Positions 40,255 through 56,369 of a stretch of DNA of 64,000 bases are shown in pieces. A model generated the notes under the pieces. It made no database searches, had not been told where the DNA came from, and worked only from the letters and a program-made list of their open reading frames with translations. Both the position numbers and the translations under genes were made by a program. Source of the stretch: Octopus vulgaris (Eukaryota). The stretch is from positions 23,188,001 to 23,252,000 of the forward strand of contig OX597842.1 in the NCBI GenBank assembly GCA_951406725.2, written 5' to 3'. Each line of letters begins with the position of its first letter. Position 1 is the first letter of the stretch.

Positions 40255-41581
40255 TATAAGATACTAATTTCTCATACGTATCACAATGATAATGATTTTT
40301 TCAATTCTATGAATATATCTGTGCTCAGTTGTGTCAGTATTTTCAGAGAATAATTTAACACTATGTGTCTTTCGTGTGTGTTCTTGCTTAATATCTAAAA
40401 CGGTAGATGTAAACAGTTAAAACTTTTGTAAATTTATCCAAGCTTAATTAACCAAGCAATCACCTTCTCTACATTCCAAACAGCGAAGACAAGTGAGTGT
40501 TGCTATCAATTCCACCGAGAAGAAATATTTTCTTATCGTTTGTCGTTGATGCATTGATGAATGTGCCTTATGAATATATGGTCTTCCTTTAATTGATGAG
40601 AGTCAATAGAAATATCAGAGGCACATCTGAATGGAGAGATTTCTTTATCGTCAACATGATGTGATATTCTGAAACAGAAAAAAAGAAGCAGTGAGATAAA
40701 GAGAATCGTTAAACGACATAGTAATTCAACATTGCAAATCTTACAACATCAACACTGTCATCCACTTAATGTCAATGTCTGCAGGGGTCGGGGTTCATTG
40801 AGGCATTGAAAGTTTTAAAATATATGAAAATGGTTGGAGGGTGAAATTTCCGTTTGTTATATTATTGTATTTAAATTCTCCAGTAGAGCCATCTATTGGA
40901 GCATAGCAGAAATACAATCGTGTAAAGGGAAATAACCACACAACACCTCAACCTCGCTTCTTTTAAATTCTTAATTAAGGTGCTTAATTACTGATTCACT
41001 GATTCGTTGCTTATTTGTGAATACGGTAAGTTGATAAAGATTTCCTTTTAGGCTGTAAAGGTGATACTACTACTACTACTAATAATAATGTAAATGATAG
41101 AATTATGTGAACCTCTCCATGTTACAGTAATTATTTTTCGAAGCGGGAACCTAACAACAATTAAGAAAATATATTTACTCGTCTTAATTAATAACTTCCA
41201 AACTCAAATGTTGATCTGTTGTTTATGAAAACCTATGAATCACCGTTACATGTGATATAAAGGAAATTAATTGGTAATACGAGAGTAAAATAGTTTAATT
41301 AATTGATTAATTAGTAAAATGAGGTGAAACCGATTGAAGAATACCATATTAATTAACGTTGTCCTGTTGTTTAAGAGGTTATATTAATAGTAATGATGTA
41401 GGTTAGAAATTTTGCCAAGGCCTGCAGTGTTTGAGGGGAGCACGAAGTCGAATATATGGAACCCAGTATTTGCCGAAAGGGATGAAAGGCAAAGTCGACC
41501 TCGGCCGTATTTGCAGTCAGGAGTTTCCGCTGAGGTCGACAGTGACTTTCCTTAGTTTCGGGGTCGCTATAATAATAAAAA

Positions 41582-42187
41582 GGCAATCTTTCGTCTCTAG
41601 TAGACCTTTCCGTAAAAATTTTTTTTTGTTTTACATATGGGCTTGCGGGAAATTTTGAAGTAATGAGAGCGAAAGAGACTAAGAGAAAAGCCATTTTTAT
41701 GACGAGGGAAGTTCTTTTGAAGTTACCGTGCATGGCAAGCATTGATGTACATGTGTGTGTGTATGTGTTTGATGAGGTGTGGGAGACAGACAGTATGTTG
41801 TGTAAGTGAAGTGCTTCTGTTAGTGTGTGTGAAAGAAAGAGATAACTGAAATTTTTTACTTGGTGTATGTGTATATGTATGTATATTACTTGAAAAGTTC
41901 CCGCAAGCCCATATGTAAAAAAAAAATTTTTTTACGGTGTGGTGTGGTGTTGAAGGAGTGTGACGGAGCGGGAGGGAGCGGAAGTGGGTCTTGCAGGGCG
42001 GAAGTGACAGACAGAACGCACGTGCGGCATTGACCAGGCCAGATAGACCTGAGGCGAATCCGACTTCATCTCCTCAGGTAAGACCAAATTACACTTCTAA
42101 TTCTTTCCTTGTTCTGTTACGCTCCTTTCACCACACGTATTACATACGGAAATCGACGTAAAGTTCTACTAGAGACAAAAGATCGCC
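41582..42187. mobile_element. Merlin-like MITE (GGCAATCT/GGCGATCT ends) with nested solo LTR
   Basis: TIRs GGCAATCTTTCGTCTCTAGTAGA / TCTACTAGAGACAAAAGATCGCC and approximate 8-bp TSD AATAAWAA. Absent near 12490-12770. Confidence 0.75.
41938..42144. mobile_element. Solo LTR (207 bp)
   Basis: TGT...ACA termini and perfect 5-bp TSD TACGG (41933-41937, 42145-42149). Interrupts the MITE arm. Confidence 0.75.
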
Positions 42188-43221
42188 AATAATAATAGTG
42201 TTGATGACAATAATCTTTTGTACTTTAGACACAAGTTCAGAAAATTGGCGGGAGAAGCGGACGTCGCTTCCATGGAACAATGTGCGCTAATGTTTCTTGT
42301 TTGTTTTTACCTCGAAAGGATGAAAGCCAAATTCTACCTGGATGGGATTTGAACTTCTAGAGTGTAGACGGACGAAATGCTGTTATGCATTTTGTTCGAC
42401 ATGTGAACGATTCTGCTAGTATAACGTATTATTGCATATGTATTGGGTTGTCCGGAAAGTTCGTGCCGATTTTTGAAGGAAAGAAAAAGGTCAATATATA
42501 CTTGCCAATAGATTTTTAATCAGCCAAATATTAACCGTTTTGTTGCACAATGCGTCTCCATCTTTCCTTTAACTTGAAAATACCCTCTTCCCAGAATTGA
42601 GGTGGTTTCATGCCAAAGAAAAAAGGTAATGGAGGAAAACAGGTTAGAACTTAGAGAAATGTAGAAACGCTTCATCCATGTACAGAATGTTGTAAAACTT
42701 TCAAAGCCTCAGTGAATTCTAACCCATGCAAACGTAGACATTAAATGGATGACAGTGTTGATGTTGTAAGATTTGCAACGTTGAATTACTATGTCGTTTA
42801 ACGATTCTCTTTATCTCATGCTTCTTTTTTTCTACTTCAGAATATCACATCATGTTGACGTTAAAGAAATCTCTTCATTCAGACATGCCTCTGATATTTT
42901 GATTGACTTTCATCAATTAAAGGAAGACCATATATTCATAAGGCACATTCATCAACGCATCAATGACAAACGATAAGAAAATATTTCTTCTACGATGGAA
43001 TTAAGAGCAACTTTTTTGTTGCCTTCACTGTTTGGAATGTAAAAAAGGTGATTGCTTGGATAAATTTACAAAAGTTTTAACTGTTTACATCTGCCGTTTT
43101 AGATGTTAAGCAAGAACACAGATGAAAGAAACACAGTGTTAAATTATTCTCTGAAAATACTGACACAACTGAACACAAATACATTCATAGAAATGAAAAA
43201 ATCATTATCGTTGGGATACGT

Positions 43222-44040
43222 ATGAGAAGTTTTTATCTTATAATGAATGATTTAAGAAAACCAAACAAACCTGATTCAGGTGAGAGACCATATCACTGTG
43301 ATATCTGTGGTAAATTATTCACTGAAGAAAGAGTCTTGACCAAACACAAATGCATTGATACAGGAGAGAAACCACATCACTGTGATGTCTGTGGTAAATC
43401 ATTCTCTCAAAGTAGTTCTTTGACTAGGCACGTACGTACACATACAGGAGAAAAACCATATCATTGTGATATCTGTGGTGAATCATTTTCTGAAAGTGGC
43501 CACGTGACTATGCACAGGCGTACTCATACAGATGAGAAGCCATATCATTGCAATATCTGTGGTAAATTATTCTCTCGAAGTAGTGACTTGTTTAGACACC
43601 AACGTATACATACGGGAGAAAAACCATATCATTGTGATATCTGTGGTGAATCATTTTCTCAAAATAACTCTTTAACTTATCACAAACGTGTTCATACAGG
43701 TGAGAAGCCATATCATTGTAACATCTGTGGTAAATCTTTCTTTATAAATAGTAACTTAACAATACACAGACGTATTCATACAGGAGAGAGGCCATATCGT
43801 TGTGATATCTGTGATAAATCATTCTCTACCAATAGTCATTTGACTCGTCACAAATATATTCATACTGGAGAAAAACCATATCATTGTGATATCTGTGATA
43901 AATCATTCTGTAGGAATAGTGACTTGACTAAACATAAACGTATTCATACTGGAGAAAAACCATATCATTGTGATATCTGTGATAAATCATTCTCTAGGAA
44001 TAGTGACTTGACTAAACATAAACGTATCCATACTGGATAA
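43222..44040 (+). CDS. C2H2 zinc-finger protein (locus G), 8 fingers + 1 degenerate, premature stop
   Basis: 272-aa ORF with N-terminus nearly identical to B. Linker GAA->TAA at 44038. Decayed fingers continue to the family stop at 44253-44255. Acceptor at 42839-42840. Confidence 0.75.
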   Translation: MRSFYLIMNDLRKPNKPDSGERPYHCDICGKLFTEERVLTKHKCIDTGEKPHHCDVCGKSFSQSSSLTRHVRTHTGEKPYHCDICGESFSESGHVTMHRRTHTDEKPYHCNICGKLFSRSSDLFRHQRIHTGEKPYHCDICGESFSQNNSLTYHKRVHTGEKPYHCNICGKSFFINSNLTIHRRIHTGERPYRCDICDKSFSTNSHLTRHKYIHTGEKPYHCDICDKSFCRNSDLTKHKRIHTGEKPYHCDICDKSFSRNSDLTKHKRIHTG

Positions 44041-44701
44041 AAACCATATCATTGTGATATCTGTGATAAATCATTCTCTACGAATAATCATTTGACTAAT
44101 CACAAACATATTCATACTGGGTAAAAACCTACATTTTATCTCGTCACACACTTATTCATATAGGAGAAAATCCATATCATTGTGATGTCTGTGGTAAATC
44201 ATTCTCTCAAAAAGGCTATTTAAGTACACATTGGCGTATTCATACACAGGTGTAACTGTATCAATATCAAAATTTATTAGAATATGACAACAATTATGAA
44301 TATTTTGTCTGCTAAAAGACAGGGTTTATTCCTCTTCCAGCTTGACATTATCAATTATAGTTTCTTGGATGTCAACATGAAATTCATGAATCACAACTTC
44401 AATATCATTTATATATCTAAATATATCAACACAGAGATGACCTTGATTTCTGAAGAGGATAGTGCTGGATTTTTGAGGAATTTGTTATGAGAGAATAAAG
44501 GAATGGGAATGAGGAATAAAAGTTTTAAGTGACATTGATTTTGTCTTTGTTGTATTTTCATGATCATCCTCTAACATCCATTTTTAGCATCCGTCTTCTA
44601 TGCAGGCTTTGATGGGAAAGTGTGACATGAGCTGGCAAGCCAGAGTGCTGCTCCATGTTCCTCTCAGATTGGGCTTGATTTCTTTGGCTCTATGCCCTTA
44701 A

Positions 44702-44923
44702 CCCTTTCAATACCAACCCAGCCAAAACCACCTCTGGCTCTATAGTACAAATGTCTTGTTATCATAAATTTTGAATTAAAATCTTCCACCAAACCTTAGT
44801 CACAATTTATGTTCCTAACACTAGCTTAACGATAATGAAGTTATTTTACTAAATTCTTTGTTATATTTAAAATTAATTGAGAGAAACACAGAGCATCTCA
44901 ACAGAAATATGGTAATGAAAGGG
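44702..44923. mobile_element. piggyBac-type MITE (paralogous insertion)
   Basis: TTAA TSD. Truncated copy also at 45984-46188. Confidence 0.85.
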
Positions 44924-45310
44924 TTAAGATACATGGCGCATCTTATAAATATTCCTGTTCAAGAATCATAACAGTATCAAACAAGTAGTAGCGCTTTCAG
45001 TTGTGTATTTAATTTGATATATGTATTTGTGTGAACATGATATCAGTCTGACAACTAAAATAATAGAAATCTTGTATTTTGAGTATTTTTTTTTGTATGA
45101 GGCAGAAGCATGGACTCCCTTCTACGAAGAAAGAGAAAAACTGAAATTTTTTCGCATGTGGTGTTTGCACCACAACATATGCAACAAAATGGCAAGATAA
45201 GACATTAAATGTAAAAATTTTAGTTAAATGTGATATGTCCAGTATCCAAGGCGTACGGATGAGAATTCAGTGCAGATGGGTGCAGGAGATGTTTTCCAAA
45301 GACGAAATGA

Positions 45311-45586
<276 letters not shown>

Positions 45587-46404
45587 CAGTATCAATATCA
45601 AAATTTATTAAAACATGACAAGCTTGATATTATCAACTTCAGTTTCTTGGATGTCAACATGAAATTCATGAATCACAACTTCAATATCATTTATATATCT
45701 AAATATATCAACACAGAGATGACTTTGATTTCTGAAGAGGATTGTGCTGGATTTTTGAGGAATTTGTTATGAGAGAATAAAGGAATGGGAATAAGGAATA
45801 AAAGTTTTAAGTGACTTTGATTTTGTCTTTGTTGTGTTTTCATCATCATCCTCTAACATCCATTTTTAGCATCCGTTTTGTATGCAGGCTTTGATGGGAA
45901 AGTGTGACATGAGCTGGCAAGCCAGAGTGCTGCTCCACGTTCCTGTCAGATTTGGCTTGGTTTCTTTGGCTCTATGCCCTTAACCCTTTCAATACCAACC
46001 CATGTGAAACCACCTCTGGCTCTGTAGTACAAATGTCTTGTTTTCATAAATTTTGAATTAAAATCTTCCACCAAACCTTACTCATAATTTATGTTCCTAA
46101 CACTAGCTTAACGATAATGAAGTTATTTTACTAAATTCTTTGTTATATTTAAAATTAATTGAAAGAAACACAGAACATCTCAACAGAAGTATGCTAACAA
46201 AAGCCATTGCCTAGATCCATCTGTATGGTGTAAAATGTGTCAGGATGTCATGTGAAGAATCTGAGTTGATGAAAAAGAAGAATAGCAGACCTATATCCTC
46301 CAACCAACAGACACATTCGCTCAATCCTTTGCACAATCAAAGTCATGAATGTCCCCATTGTGACTTCATGGCAAAATCCATTTCAGGACTCAAATTACAG
46401 CAAT

Positions 46405-46956
46405 TGCCAGGACCGCTGGACTGACTCCTGTGCAGGTGGCAAGTGAAGAAACTTCATTTCGACCCTGTGCTTGAGGAGACCTATTGAGTCAAGTACACGA
46501 ACATCAAAATCAATGGAAACTGCAACTGTGATCCCTGTGCCAGTGGAATGTAAAAAGCACCATCCGAACGTGGCCGATGCCAGCACCGCTTTGACCGGCT
46601 TCCGTGCCGGTGGCATGTAAAATGCACCAAACCGATTGTGGCCGTTGACAGCCTCGCCTGGCATATGGTGGCCGTTGCCACTGCTGCCCCGACTGGCCTC
46701 GTGCCGGTGGCACATAAAAATCACCATCTTATCGTGGCCGTTGCCAGCACCGCCCCGACTGGCCTCCGTGCCGGTGGCACATAAAAATCCCCCACTACAA
46801 TCACGGAGTGGTTGGCGTTAGGAAGGGCATCAAGCTGTAGAAACACTGACAGATCAGCTTGGGCCTGGCACAGCCTTCTGGCTTCCCAGACCCCAGTTGA
46901 ACCGTCCAACCCGTGCCAGCATGGAAAATGGACGTTAAACGATGATGATGATGATG
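46405..46956 (+). mobile_element. Retroelement 3' end with GTGCCGGTGGCAC subrepeats and (GAT)n tail
   Basis: Ends GGACGTTAAACGATGATGATG. Relatives at 51638-52065 (-) and 25350-25540. Confidence 0.7.
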
Positions 46957-47164
46957 TCACATATGTACACATACAGGAGAGAAGCCATATCAGTGCAATA
47001 TCTGTGGTAAATCATTCTCTCGAAGTGGTGACAGACGACTTATAGACAGGAATTTCACTGAGCAAAGAAAGGAATTCCGATTAGTCACAAGGGAGGGCTG
47101 AGAATTCAGATGGCCATTTGTGTTCACCCCAAACGTGTGCAGTTGATGAGAGCGGGATAAACAA

Positions 47165-48020
47165 CAGGTGCAGGAGTGGCTGTGTGGTAAGTAGCTTGTT
47201 TACCAAACACATGATTTGGGTTCAGTCACACTGGGTGGCACCTTGGGCAAGTGTCTTCTACTATAGCCCTGGGCCGACCAAAGCCTTGTGAGTGGATTTA
47301 GTAGATGGAAACTGAAAGAAGCCTGTCGTATATATGTATGTATGCATGTGTGTGTCTGTGTTTGTCACCCAAGCATTGCTTGAGAACCGATGCTGGTGTG
47401 TTTGTGTCCCTGTTACTTATCGGTTTGGCAAAGGGAGACCAATAGAATAAGTACTGGGCTTACAAAAAGAATAAGTCCTGGGGTCGAGTTCCTCGATTAA
47501 AGGCGGTGCTCCAGCACGGCCGCGGTCAAATGACTGAAACAAGTAAAAGAGTAACACTTTTCTTCCTGGTTAATTTTACGTATATATTTCTTTCTTGCCC
47601 ACAAGGGGCTAAACATAGAGGGAACAAACAAGGACAAAAGGATTATGTCGATTACATCGACCCCAGTGCGAAACTGGTACTTTATTTGTCGACCCCGAAG
47701 GGATGAAAGGCAAAGTCGACCGCGGCGGAATTTGAACTCAGAACGTAACAACACGAAATACTGGTAAGCGTTTCGCCCGGCGCACTAACGTGTCTGCCAG
47801 CTTGCCGCTTTTTTAAATTTTACATATAGCTTAAGGTGCAGGCCCAGTGGTTAGAGCATCGACCTTACGATCATGAGGTTGTGAGTTCAAATCCCGGACC
47901 GGGCTGCGTGTTGTGTTCTTGAGCAAGACACTTTATTTCACGTTGCTGCAGAAATGAGTTGCGACATCACAGTTGCCAAGTTGTATCGGCCCCTTTGGCT
48001 TACCACTTGGATAACACTAG
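47165..48020. mobile_element. SINE cluster: family 2 (+, 47165-47552), family 1 (-, 47585-47808), family 3 (+, 47835-48020)
   Basis: Same order as the inverted block 6440-7788. Confidence 0.85.
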
Positions 48021-48296
48021 CATGCATGGGTGATTGCTGGTCTTCCATAAACAATCTTTCTAGGTGCAATCCCATGGTCTGTGTCGTGACTGAAGGGGTC
48101 TCAAGATCCACAACATGCTGGGTCATGATGAGTACTCCAGATAACGTCTCAGTGGATAGAATGCCACATCACATGTGGGATATTCAAAGTGTAATGAGCT
48201 TTAATGATAACAGGGGGGGGGCATGACACTGTGTATATTTCAATGGAAGCATCCTCACCACAACTGAATGGATGGTTATTAAACAATAGAGGGGCA

Positions 48297-49533
48297 GTCA
48301 TCGTTAATCGCCTGGAAGCCTTTCAGCGACGTGCAACCAAGAGAATACCCTCCATCAGGCATTTGCCATATTCTGAACGCCTTACTTCCCTGGGCAAGGA
48401 TACATTGAAACTCCGATATTTGGCAGACACTCATAAAATTTTTAACCACTAAAAATAACTCTGAGCACCTTTTCAAACTCCATCCGTCTAACACCCGTGG
48501 ACATGTTTATAAGGTCAGAAAACAGCACAGCTCCCATGACTTTCAGAAACATTTTAGAATACCCTCCATAAGGCATTTACCATATTCTGAACGCCTTACT
48601 TCCCTGGGCAAGGATACATTGAAACTCCGACGTCTGGCAGCTGACTTGGCAGACACCCATAAAATTATTAACCATCTTATTAACATTAACTCTGAGCACT
48701 TTTTCAAACTCCACCTGTCTAACACCTGTGAACATGTTTACAAAGTCAGAAAAAAAGCATATCTCCCATGACTTTCAGAAACATTTTTTCACGCTAGGAG
48801 TTGCTGAAGTATAGAACAAAACGCCGGCATCAGTTGTTAGTTGTCGAGCACTGCATCCTTCAAAACTTCCATGCTTTCTGAGATTTGCCAACACTACACC
48901 TGATTTTCTCCCCTCCATACACACACATGCATGTATCTGACTCATACACTGTTAGCTTTCCAGACATTTATACATTACTGCATATGCTTTATACGCACTT
49001 TTGACAAGGTGTGGTGCACCTGAGCACTGTATACAATACCCTCCATCAGGCATTTGCCATATTCTAAATGCCTTACTTCCCTGGGCACGGACACATTGAA
49101 ACTCCGACGTCTGGCAGCTGACTTGGCGGACGCCCATAAAATTATTAACCATCTTATTAACAATAATTCTGAGCACCTTTTCAAACTCCACCTGTCTAAC
49201 ACCTGTGAACATGTTTACAAAGTCAGAAAACAGCACAGCTCCCATGACTTTCGGAAACATGTTTTCACGCTAAGAGTTGCTGAAGTATAGAACAAAACGC
49301 CAGCATCAGTTGTTAGTTGTCGGAGCACTGCATCCTTCAAAACTTCCATGCTTCCTGAGATTCGCCAACACTACACCTGACTTTCTCCCCTCCATACACA
49401 CGCAAGCATGTATCTGACTCAAACACTGTTCGCTTCCCAGACATTTGTACATTACTGCATATGCTTTATACGCACTTTCTGACAAGTTGTGGTGCACCTG
49501 AGCACTGTATACAATAATTTCATTATTATTATT
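48297..49533 (+). mobile_element. CR1-clade LINE 3' end, further duplicated
   Basis: LEAFQRRATKRIPSIRHLPYSERLTSLG; two 3' UTR copies. Confidence 0.8.
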
Positions 49534-50683
49534 AGATCAGGGTGAAGTGTGGAGGAATGATAGTGACCAGAATGTAAGGAAGTGAAGGACCGGAAGTGGA
49601 AAAACACGATGTCATGTATCTTACTTTCTCTTGCTTTTCCCTCTGGCTGAGTAGACCTGTATCTCCCCTGTAGCAGCAGATGTGGGTGACATGCAACATA
49701 TTTACATCTATACATATGTTGGCACAAACCGAAAAGATCCTTATCCATTTTATAGTGGAGCGACTATCATTGTGGAGCACTGACTTAATGACACACTATA
49801 ATTTCATCAGTATGAAAGAAAGAGGGGTCACCATCTTGTTCGTAACAACAAGAAAATAGAAGTTCACGAGACGTTTGTAATAAGTCATAACTTTTATCAT
49901 TGGAGGTAATGTGTTAACATACAAGGTTAACTGAAGGAAAGCTTAAAACATTATATGAATACCGTAAATTCTCGAGTATAATCCACACTTTTTCCCCCAA
50001 AATTTAAAGGTCAAAATCCCTAGTGCGTACTATATACGAGGTTAAAAATGAAAAACATTTTCTAAGCAATGTCCGGCAATGTTTATTTGATGCATTTTGT
50101 GATGTCGGGTGCAGAAATACATCAAGCTAAGCCTGAAAGCAATGAAGTCATAAAAGAATCATCCATAACTTGCAGTAAGCAACATTTATTAAAATAAAAG
50201 CATTCAGAACACAGAATAACATGTAACAAAAACAATTTGCAAACATATTTACATTCCCATATAACAGTTAAGAACATCACCATTATTGTATTACGCATGC
50301 ACGGAAGTGTTTGTTCGACTGGGTGCTGCTGGCTTTATTATGCATGGATTGTGCTTAATAGTTTAGCGCTAATAGTTCATCCTGCTGAATTTTTGGAAAG
50401 CATTCACTTTTCATTTGAAAAACATGTCCTACCAATCTTCACTGAATTCTCATCAACATGCTTTGAATACTGGTCATATCACATTTTACTAAGATTTTTT
50501 TACATTTGATGTCTTATTTTGCCATTTGGTTGCATATGCTGTGGTGCAAACACCACATTTGAAAAGTTTGGAGATTTTTTATTTCCCTATAGAAGTGAGT
50601 CCCTGCTTCTGCCCCAGACATAAATACACTCAAAATACGAGATTTGTATACACTTATTCTAGCTATCAGACTGACATCCTGTC

Positions 50684-50718
<35 letters not shown>

Positions 50719-51637
50719 CAAATTACAAAATAAGAAAATGGAGGAACAGATTAATTTCAATCATCAACTACTAGATAATACCAATTCATATAATTTATGA
50801 ACTAATTATTTAGGAACATCCAGATCAAACAGAATAAAACAGTACACAACAATGAGTAAGATAATACCATAAGAACAATACATATAAATAAATATAAATA
50901 TAAAATATATGTTCTTATGGTATTATATTACTCAATGAGGTATACTTTTATTTTCTGTTTGATCTGGATGTTCCTAAATAATTAGTTAATAAATTGTATG
51001 AACTGGTATTATCTGGAAGTTGATGATTGATAGAAATCTGTTCATCCATTTTCTTATTTTGTATTATGAATTTGAGGTAAAACATTTTACCTTCGCCCAT
51101 ATAATACAATAAATGAATTAATTGCATTGCAATTCTGAACATTTATGTATTAGCCTTTCTGGGTACTTTACTGGCAGTATATTGGATAAATGATATCCCA
51201 TAGTGGGTTACTCTCATAATGTACATAATTCCTAATCTCTCAAATATAGAACTACACAATCCAGGTCTGACTGGAACCTGGAGAAGCACTCTGACTTGCC
51301 AGCACCTGTCACACTTTCCCATCCATGCCTGGATGGTAAAGGATGATGGAGATGATGATGATGATGAAAACACAACAAAGACAAAATCAATGTTACTTAA
51401 AACTTTTATTCCTTATTCCCATTCCTTTATTCTCTCATAACAAATTCCTCAAAAATCCAGCACAATCCTCTTCAGAAGTCAAAGTCATCTCTGTGTTGAT
51501 ATATTTAGATATATAAATGATACTGAAGTTGTGATTCATGATTCTCATGCTAACATCCAATAAACTGTATTTGATAATGTCAAGCTTGAAGAGGAATAAA
51601 CCCCGTCTTTTAGCAGACAAAATATTCATAATTGTTG

Positions 51638-52065
51638 TCATCATCATCATTTAGCATCCGCTTTCCATGCTAGCATGGGTTGGACGGTTCAACTGGGGTC
51701 TGGGAAGCCGGAAGACTGCACCAGGCCCAGTCTGATGTGGCTATGTTTCTACGGCTGGATGCCCTTCCTAACGCCAACAACTCCGTGAGTGTAGTGGGTG
51801 CTTTTTACGTGCCACCGGCACGGGGGCCAGGCGAGACTGGCAGACGGCCATGATGGGATGGTGCATTTTACGTGCCACCAGCATTGGTATCAAAGCTACA
51901 ATTTCCATTGATGTTGATCGATTTCGATTTTCATTCTGATTCTCACTTGCCTCAACAGGTCTTCACAAGTAGAGTTTTGTGTCTCAAGAAGGAAAGGTAT
52001 GCATAAGTGGACTGGCTACATCCCAGGTAGAGGCCATGGGTTGTGGTCTCACTTGTCCTGCCGGG
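51638..52065 (-). mobile_element. (GAT)n-tailed retroelement 3' end inserted ~30 bp after the locus I family stop
   Basis: Homologous to 46405-46956; interrupts the family 3' flank. Confidence 0.7.
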
Positions 52066-52092
52066 TTGTAATAAATTTTGATATTGATACGA

Positions 52093-53332
<1,240 letters not shown>

Positions 53333-54299
53333 TTATACATATCACAATGATAGTATCTGTTTCATTTCTATGAATGTTTGTGTTCAAATGCATCAGAGAA
53401 TAATTAAATGTTATGTTACTTTCATTGGTGATCTTGCTTAATATCTAAAACAGAAGATATAAATTGGTTAACTCTTTTGTAAAGTTACTCAAACTTAACC
53501 TGTAGGTTCATCATCATCTCTACATTCCAGATGGCAAAAAAAATGTTGCTCTTAATTCCATCATCCAGAAGAAATATTTCCCCATCGTTCGTCGAAGATT
53601 TTATTTATATAAAGAAGCTGATGTATTGATGAATGTGCCTTATGAATATATGGTCTTCCTTTAATTGATGAAAGTCAATAAAAATATCAGACACACATCT
53701 GAATGAAGAAATTTCTTTTAAATCAACATGGTATGATATTCTGAAATAGGAAAAAAATTCATTTCTATGAATATATTTGTGTTGCTATTTTCAGAGAATA
53801 ATTTAATGCTATGCTTCTTTCATCTGAGATTTTGCTTAATATCTAAATCAAGAGTCTATGCCTTTGTAAAGTTATCCAAGCTTAATTAACCTGTAAAGCA
53901 ATCATCTCCTCTATATTCCAGACGGCAAAGACTTCAAATTGTTGCTGTTAATTCCATCGTCCAGAAGAAGTATTTTGCTGTTGTTTTACACAGATTTCAT
54001 TTATATCTGGAGTTTGATGTATTGATGCTCCTTATAAATATATCATCTTCCTTTCGTTAATGGAAGCTGATAAAAATACCAGAGGCACATCTGAATGAAG
54101 AAATTTCTTTTACGTCAACATGATGTGATATTCTGAAATAAAAAAAGAAGCAGTGAGATAAAGAGAATCATTAAATGACATAGTAATTCCACATTGCAAA
54201 TCTTACAACATCAACACTGTCATCCATTTAATGTCTATGCTTACACGAATTGGAGTTTATTCGGGTACTGAAACTTTTACAACATTCTACACTTTTTAC

Positions 54300-54693
54300 A
54301 CTTTTACTTGTTTCAGTCATGTGACTGCAGCCATGCTGGAGCACCGCCTTTAGTCAAGCAAATCGAATCCAGGACTTATTCTTTATAAGCCTAGTACTTA
54401 TTTATCAGTCTCTTTTGCCCAACCGCTAAGTTACGGGGACGTAAACACACCAGCATCGGTTGTCAAGCAATGCCAGAGAGACAAACACAGACACACAAAC
54501 ATACACACACACATATAGATACATATATACGACGGGCTTCTTTCAGTTTCCGTCTACCAAATCCACTCACAAGGCATTGGTCGGCCCAAGGCTATAGTAG
54601 AACACACTTGCCCAAGGTGCCACGCAGTGGGATTGAATTCGGTACCAAGTGGTTGGTAAGCAAGCTACTTACTACACAGCCACTCCTACGCCT
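54300..54693 (-). mobile_element. CORE-type SINE (family 2)
   Basis: Full family match. Confidence 0.85.
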
Positions 54694-54754
54694 ATTCATT
54701 ATTTTGAATTTGGAGTGGCTGTGTGGTATTTAAACAACAACAAAAAACAAAAGT

Positions 54755-55160
54755 AGACACCCATAAAATTATCAACCATTTTACAAACAATAACTCTGAG
54801 CACCTTTTCAAACTCCATCTGTCTAACACCCGTGGATATGTTTACAAAGTCAGAAAACAGCACAGCTCCCATGACTTTCTGAAACATTTTTTCACGCTAA
54901 GAGTTGCTGAAGCATGGAACAAACTGCCGGCATCAGTTGTTAGTTGTCGGAGCACTGCATCCTTCAAAACTTCCATGCTTCCTGAGATTCGCCAACACTA
55001 CACCTGATTTTCTCCCCTCCATACACACAGGCTAGCATGTATCTGACTCATATACTGTTCGCTTTCCAGACATTTGTACATTACTGCATATGCTTTATAC
55101 GCACTTTCTGACAAGTTGTGGTGCATCTGAGCACTGTATACAATAATTTCATGATTATTA
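54755..55160 (+). mobile_element. CR1-clade LINE 3' end
   Basis: DTHKIINHFTNNNSEHLFKL...FFTLRVAEAWNKLPASVV...*, then 3' UTR. Confidence 0.8.
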
Positions 55161-55809
55161 TAAATAATTTGAGAAATGCAGGGAAATCTATATACAGAAT
55201 AGGCGCAGGAGCATTCTACAGCTGGATGCCCTTCCTGTTGCCAATCCTGACCTCTTCCCAAGTAAAATGATATTCCACCAAGTTCAAACATATTTACACG
55301 GAATATTGCAAAGAAAGGACATCGCTTGCATGATGGTGACATTCACTGACAAGCGGCGATCCTTCGGTATAGGTTCCGGAAGTGGCTTTGTTTACATTTC
55401 TGGAGATAACAGAAACCCTTTTCTCCCACCCCTAACACAAACCTTAACCATAACCCCCCATATATATAAAAAAAAGACACTTTCTTGAAATGTATCTGGT
55501 ACCTCCGGTACCTATACCGAAGTTACGCTCATTTTTTTAAACAAAGTAAATAAAACAAAAATACAAAGTAAGGATCGACTGGTCACGACTAGCTAGCGCG
55601 GATGCGCGACTACGCGCACCGAGACCCCTCTTCTTAAATAGTACCCTTATATTCGCGAGTGCCCGTTCTCCGTATTTTATTTTTTAGTATAAAATATTTA
55701 AAAAATAGATTAATCTTTCTAATTTTCTCCATACTTTATGTATTCTGGATATATTTCCCATTTCGTCACTTTTTTTTGACAAGTAAGGGTTATCTTGGTG
55801 AGGTGTGCC

Positions 55810-56025
55810 GTACTACTAGCGAACAGTGGTCCCGGTGCGCGCACTCGCGTATCCGTTCTACCTAGTCATATGTAGTCGATCCTACGACTTTTTAACCCTA
55901 ACCTTAGTTTGTTTACAAAAATAATGTATTTACTTAGTTTTAAAAATTGTAGGATCGACTACTTACGACTAGCAAGCGCGGATACGCGAGTGCTCGCACC
56001 GGGACCACTGTTCGCTAGTAGTACC
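55810..56025. mobile_element. Hairpin MITE
   Basis: GTACTACTAGCGAACAGTGGTCCCGGTGCG...CGCACCGGGACCACTGTTCGCTAGTAGTAC inverted arms. Confidence 0.7.
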
Positions 56026-56369
56026 TTATCATTATTGGTATTATCATCATCATTACAGCCTTAAAATAAATCTTTGTCAACTTACCGTATTCAGATACAA
56101 ACAACGAGTCAGTGATCGTTAATTAAGCACCTTAATTAATTAATTAAGGAAAGTTATATCCCTTTATATGGTTATAGTTCTTCAATTTTCTATGACTGGT
56201 TCGTTTCGTTCCGGTGTCTTCTTTGTCCCATTCTGTCAACGATTTTACCTTCAAGGTAATATAGAATATATACACTCACATATTCTAATCTACGACCGTT
56301 TCCAGCGCACGAACTGGACCCCGTCGCAGACACCGAAAGAAAGAAGGCATCTTTGACTTATATCTTCCT

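Noticed and set aside
42791-42976. ORF through the shared leader (ISHHVDVKEISSF…) as a possible coding exon
   Set aside because: Ends in a stop well before the ZNF frame, and paralogs carry indels; treated as 5' UTR.
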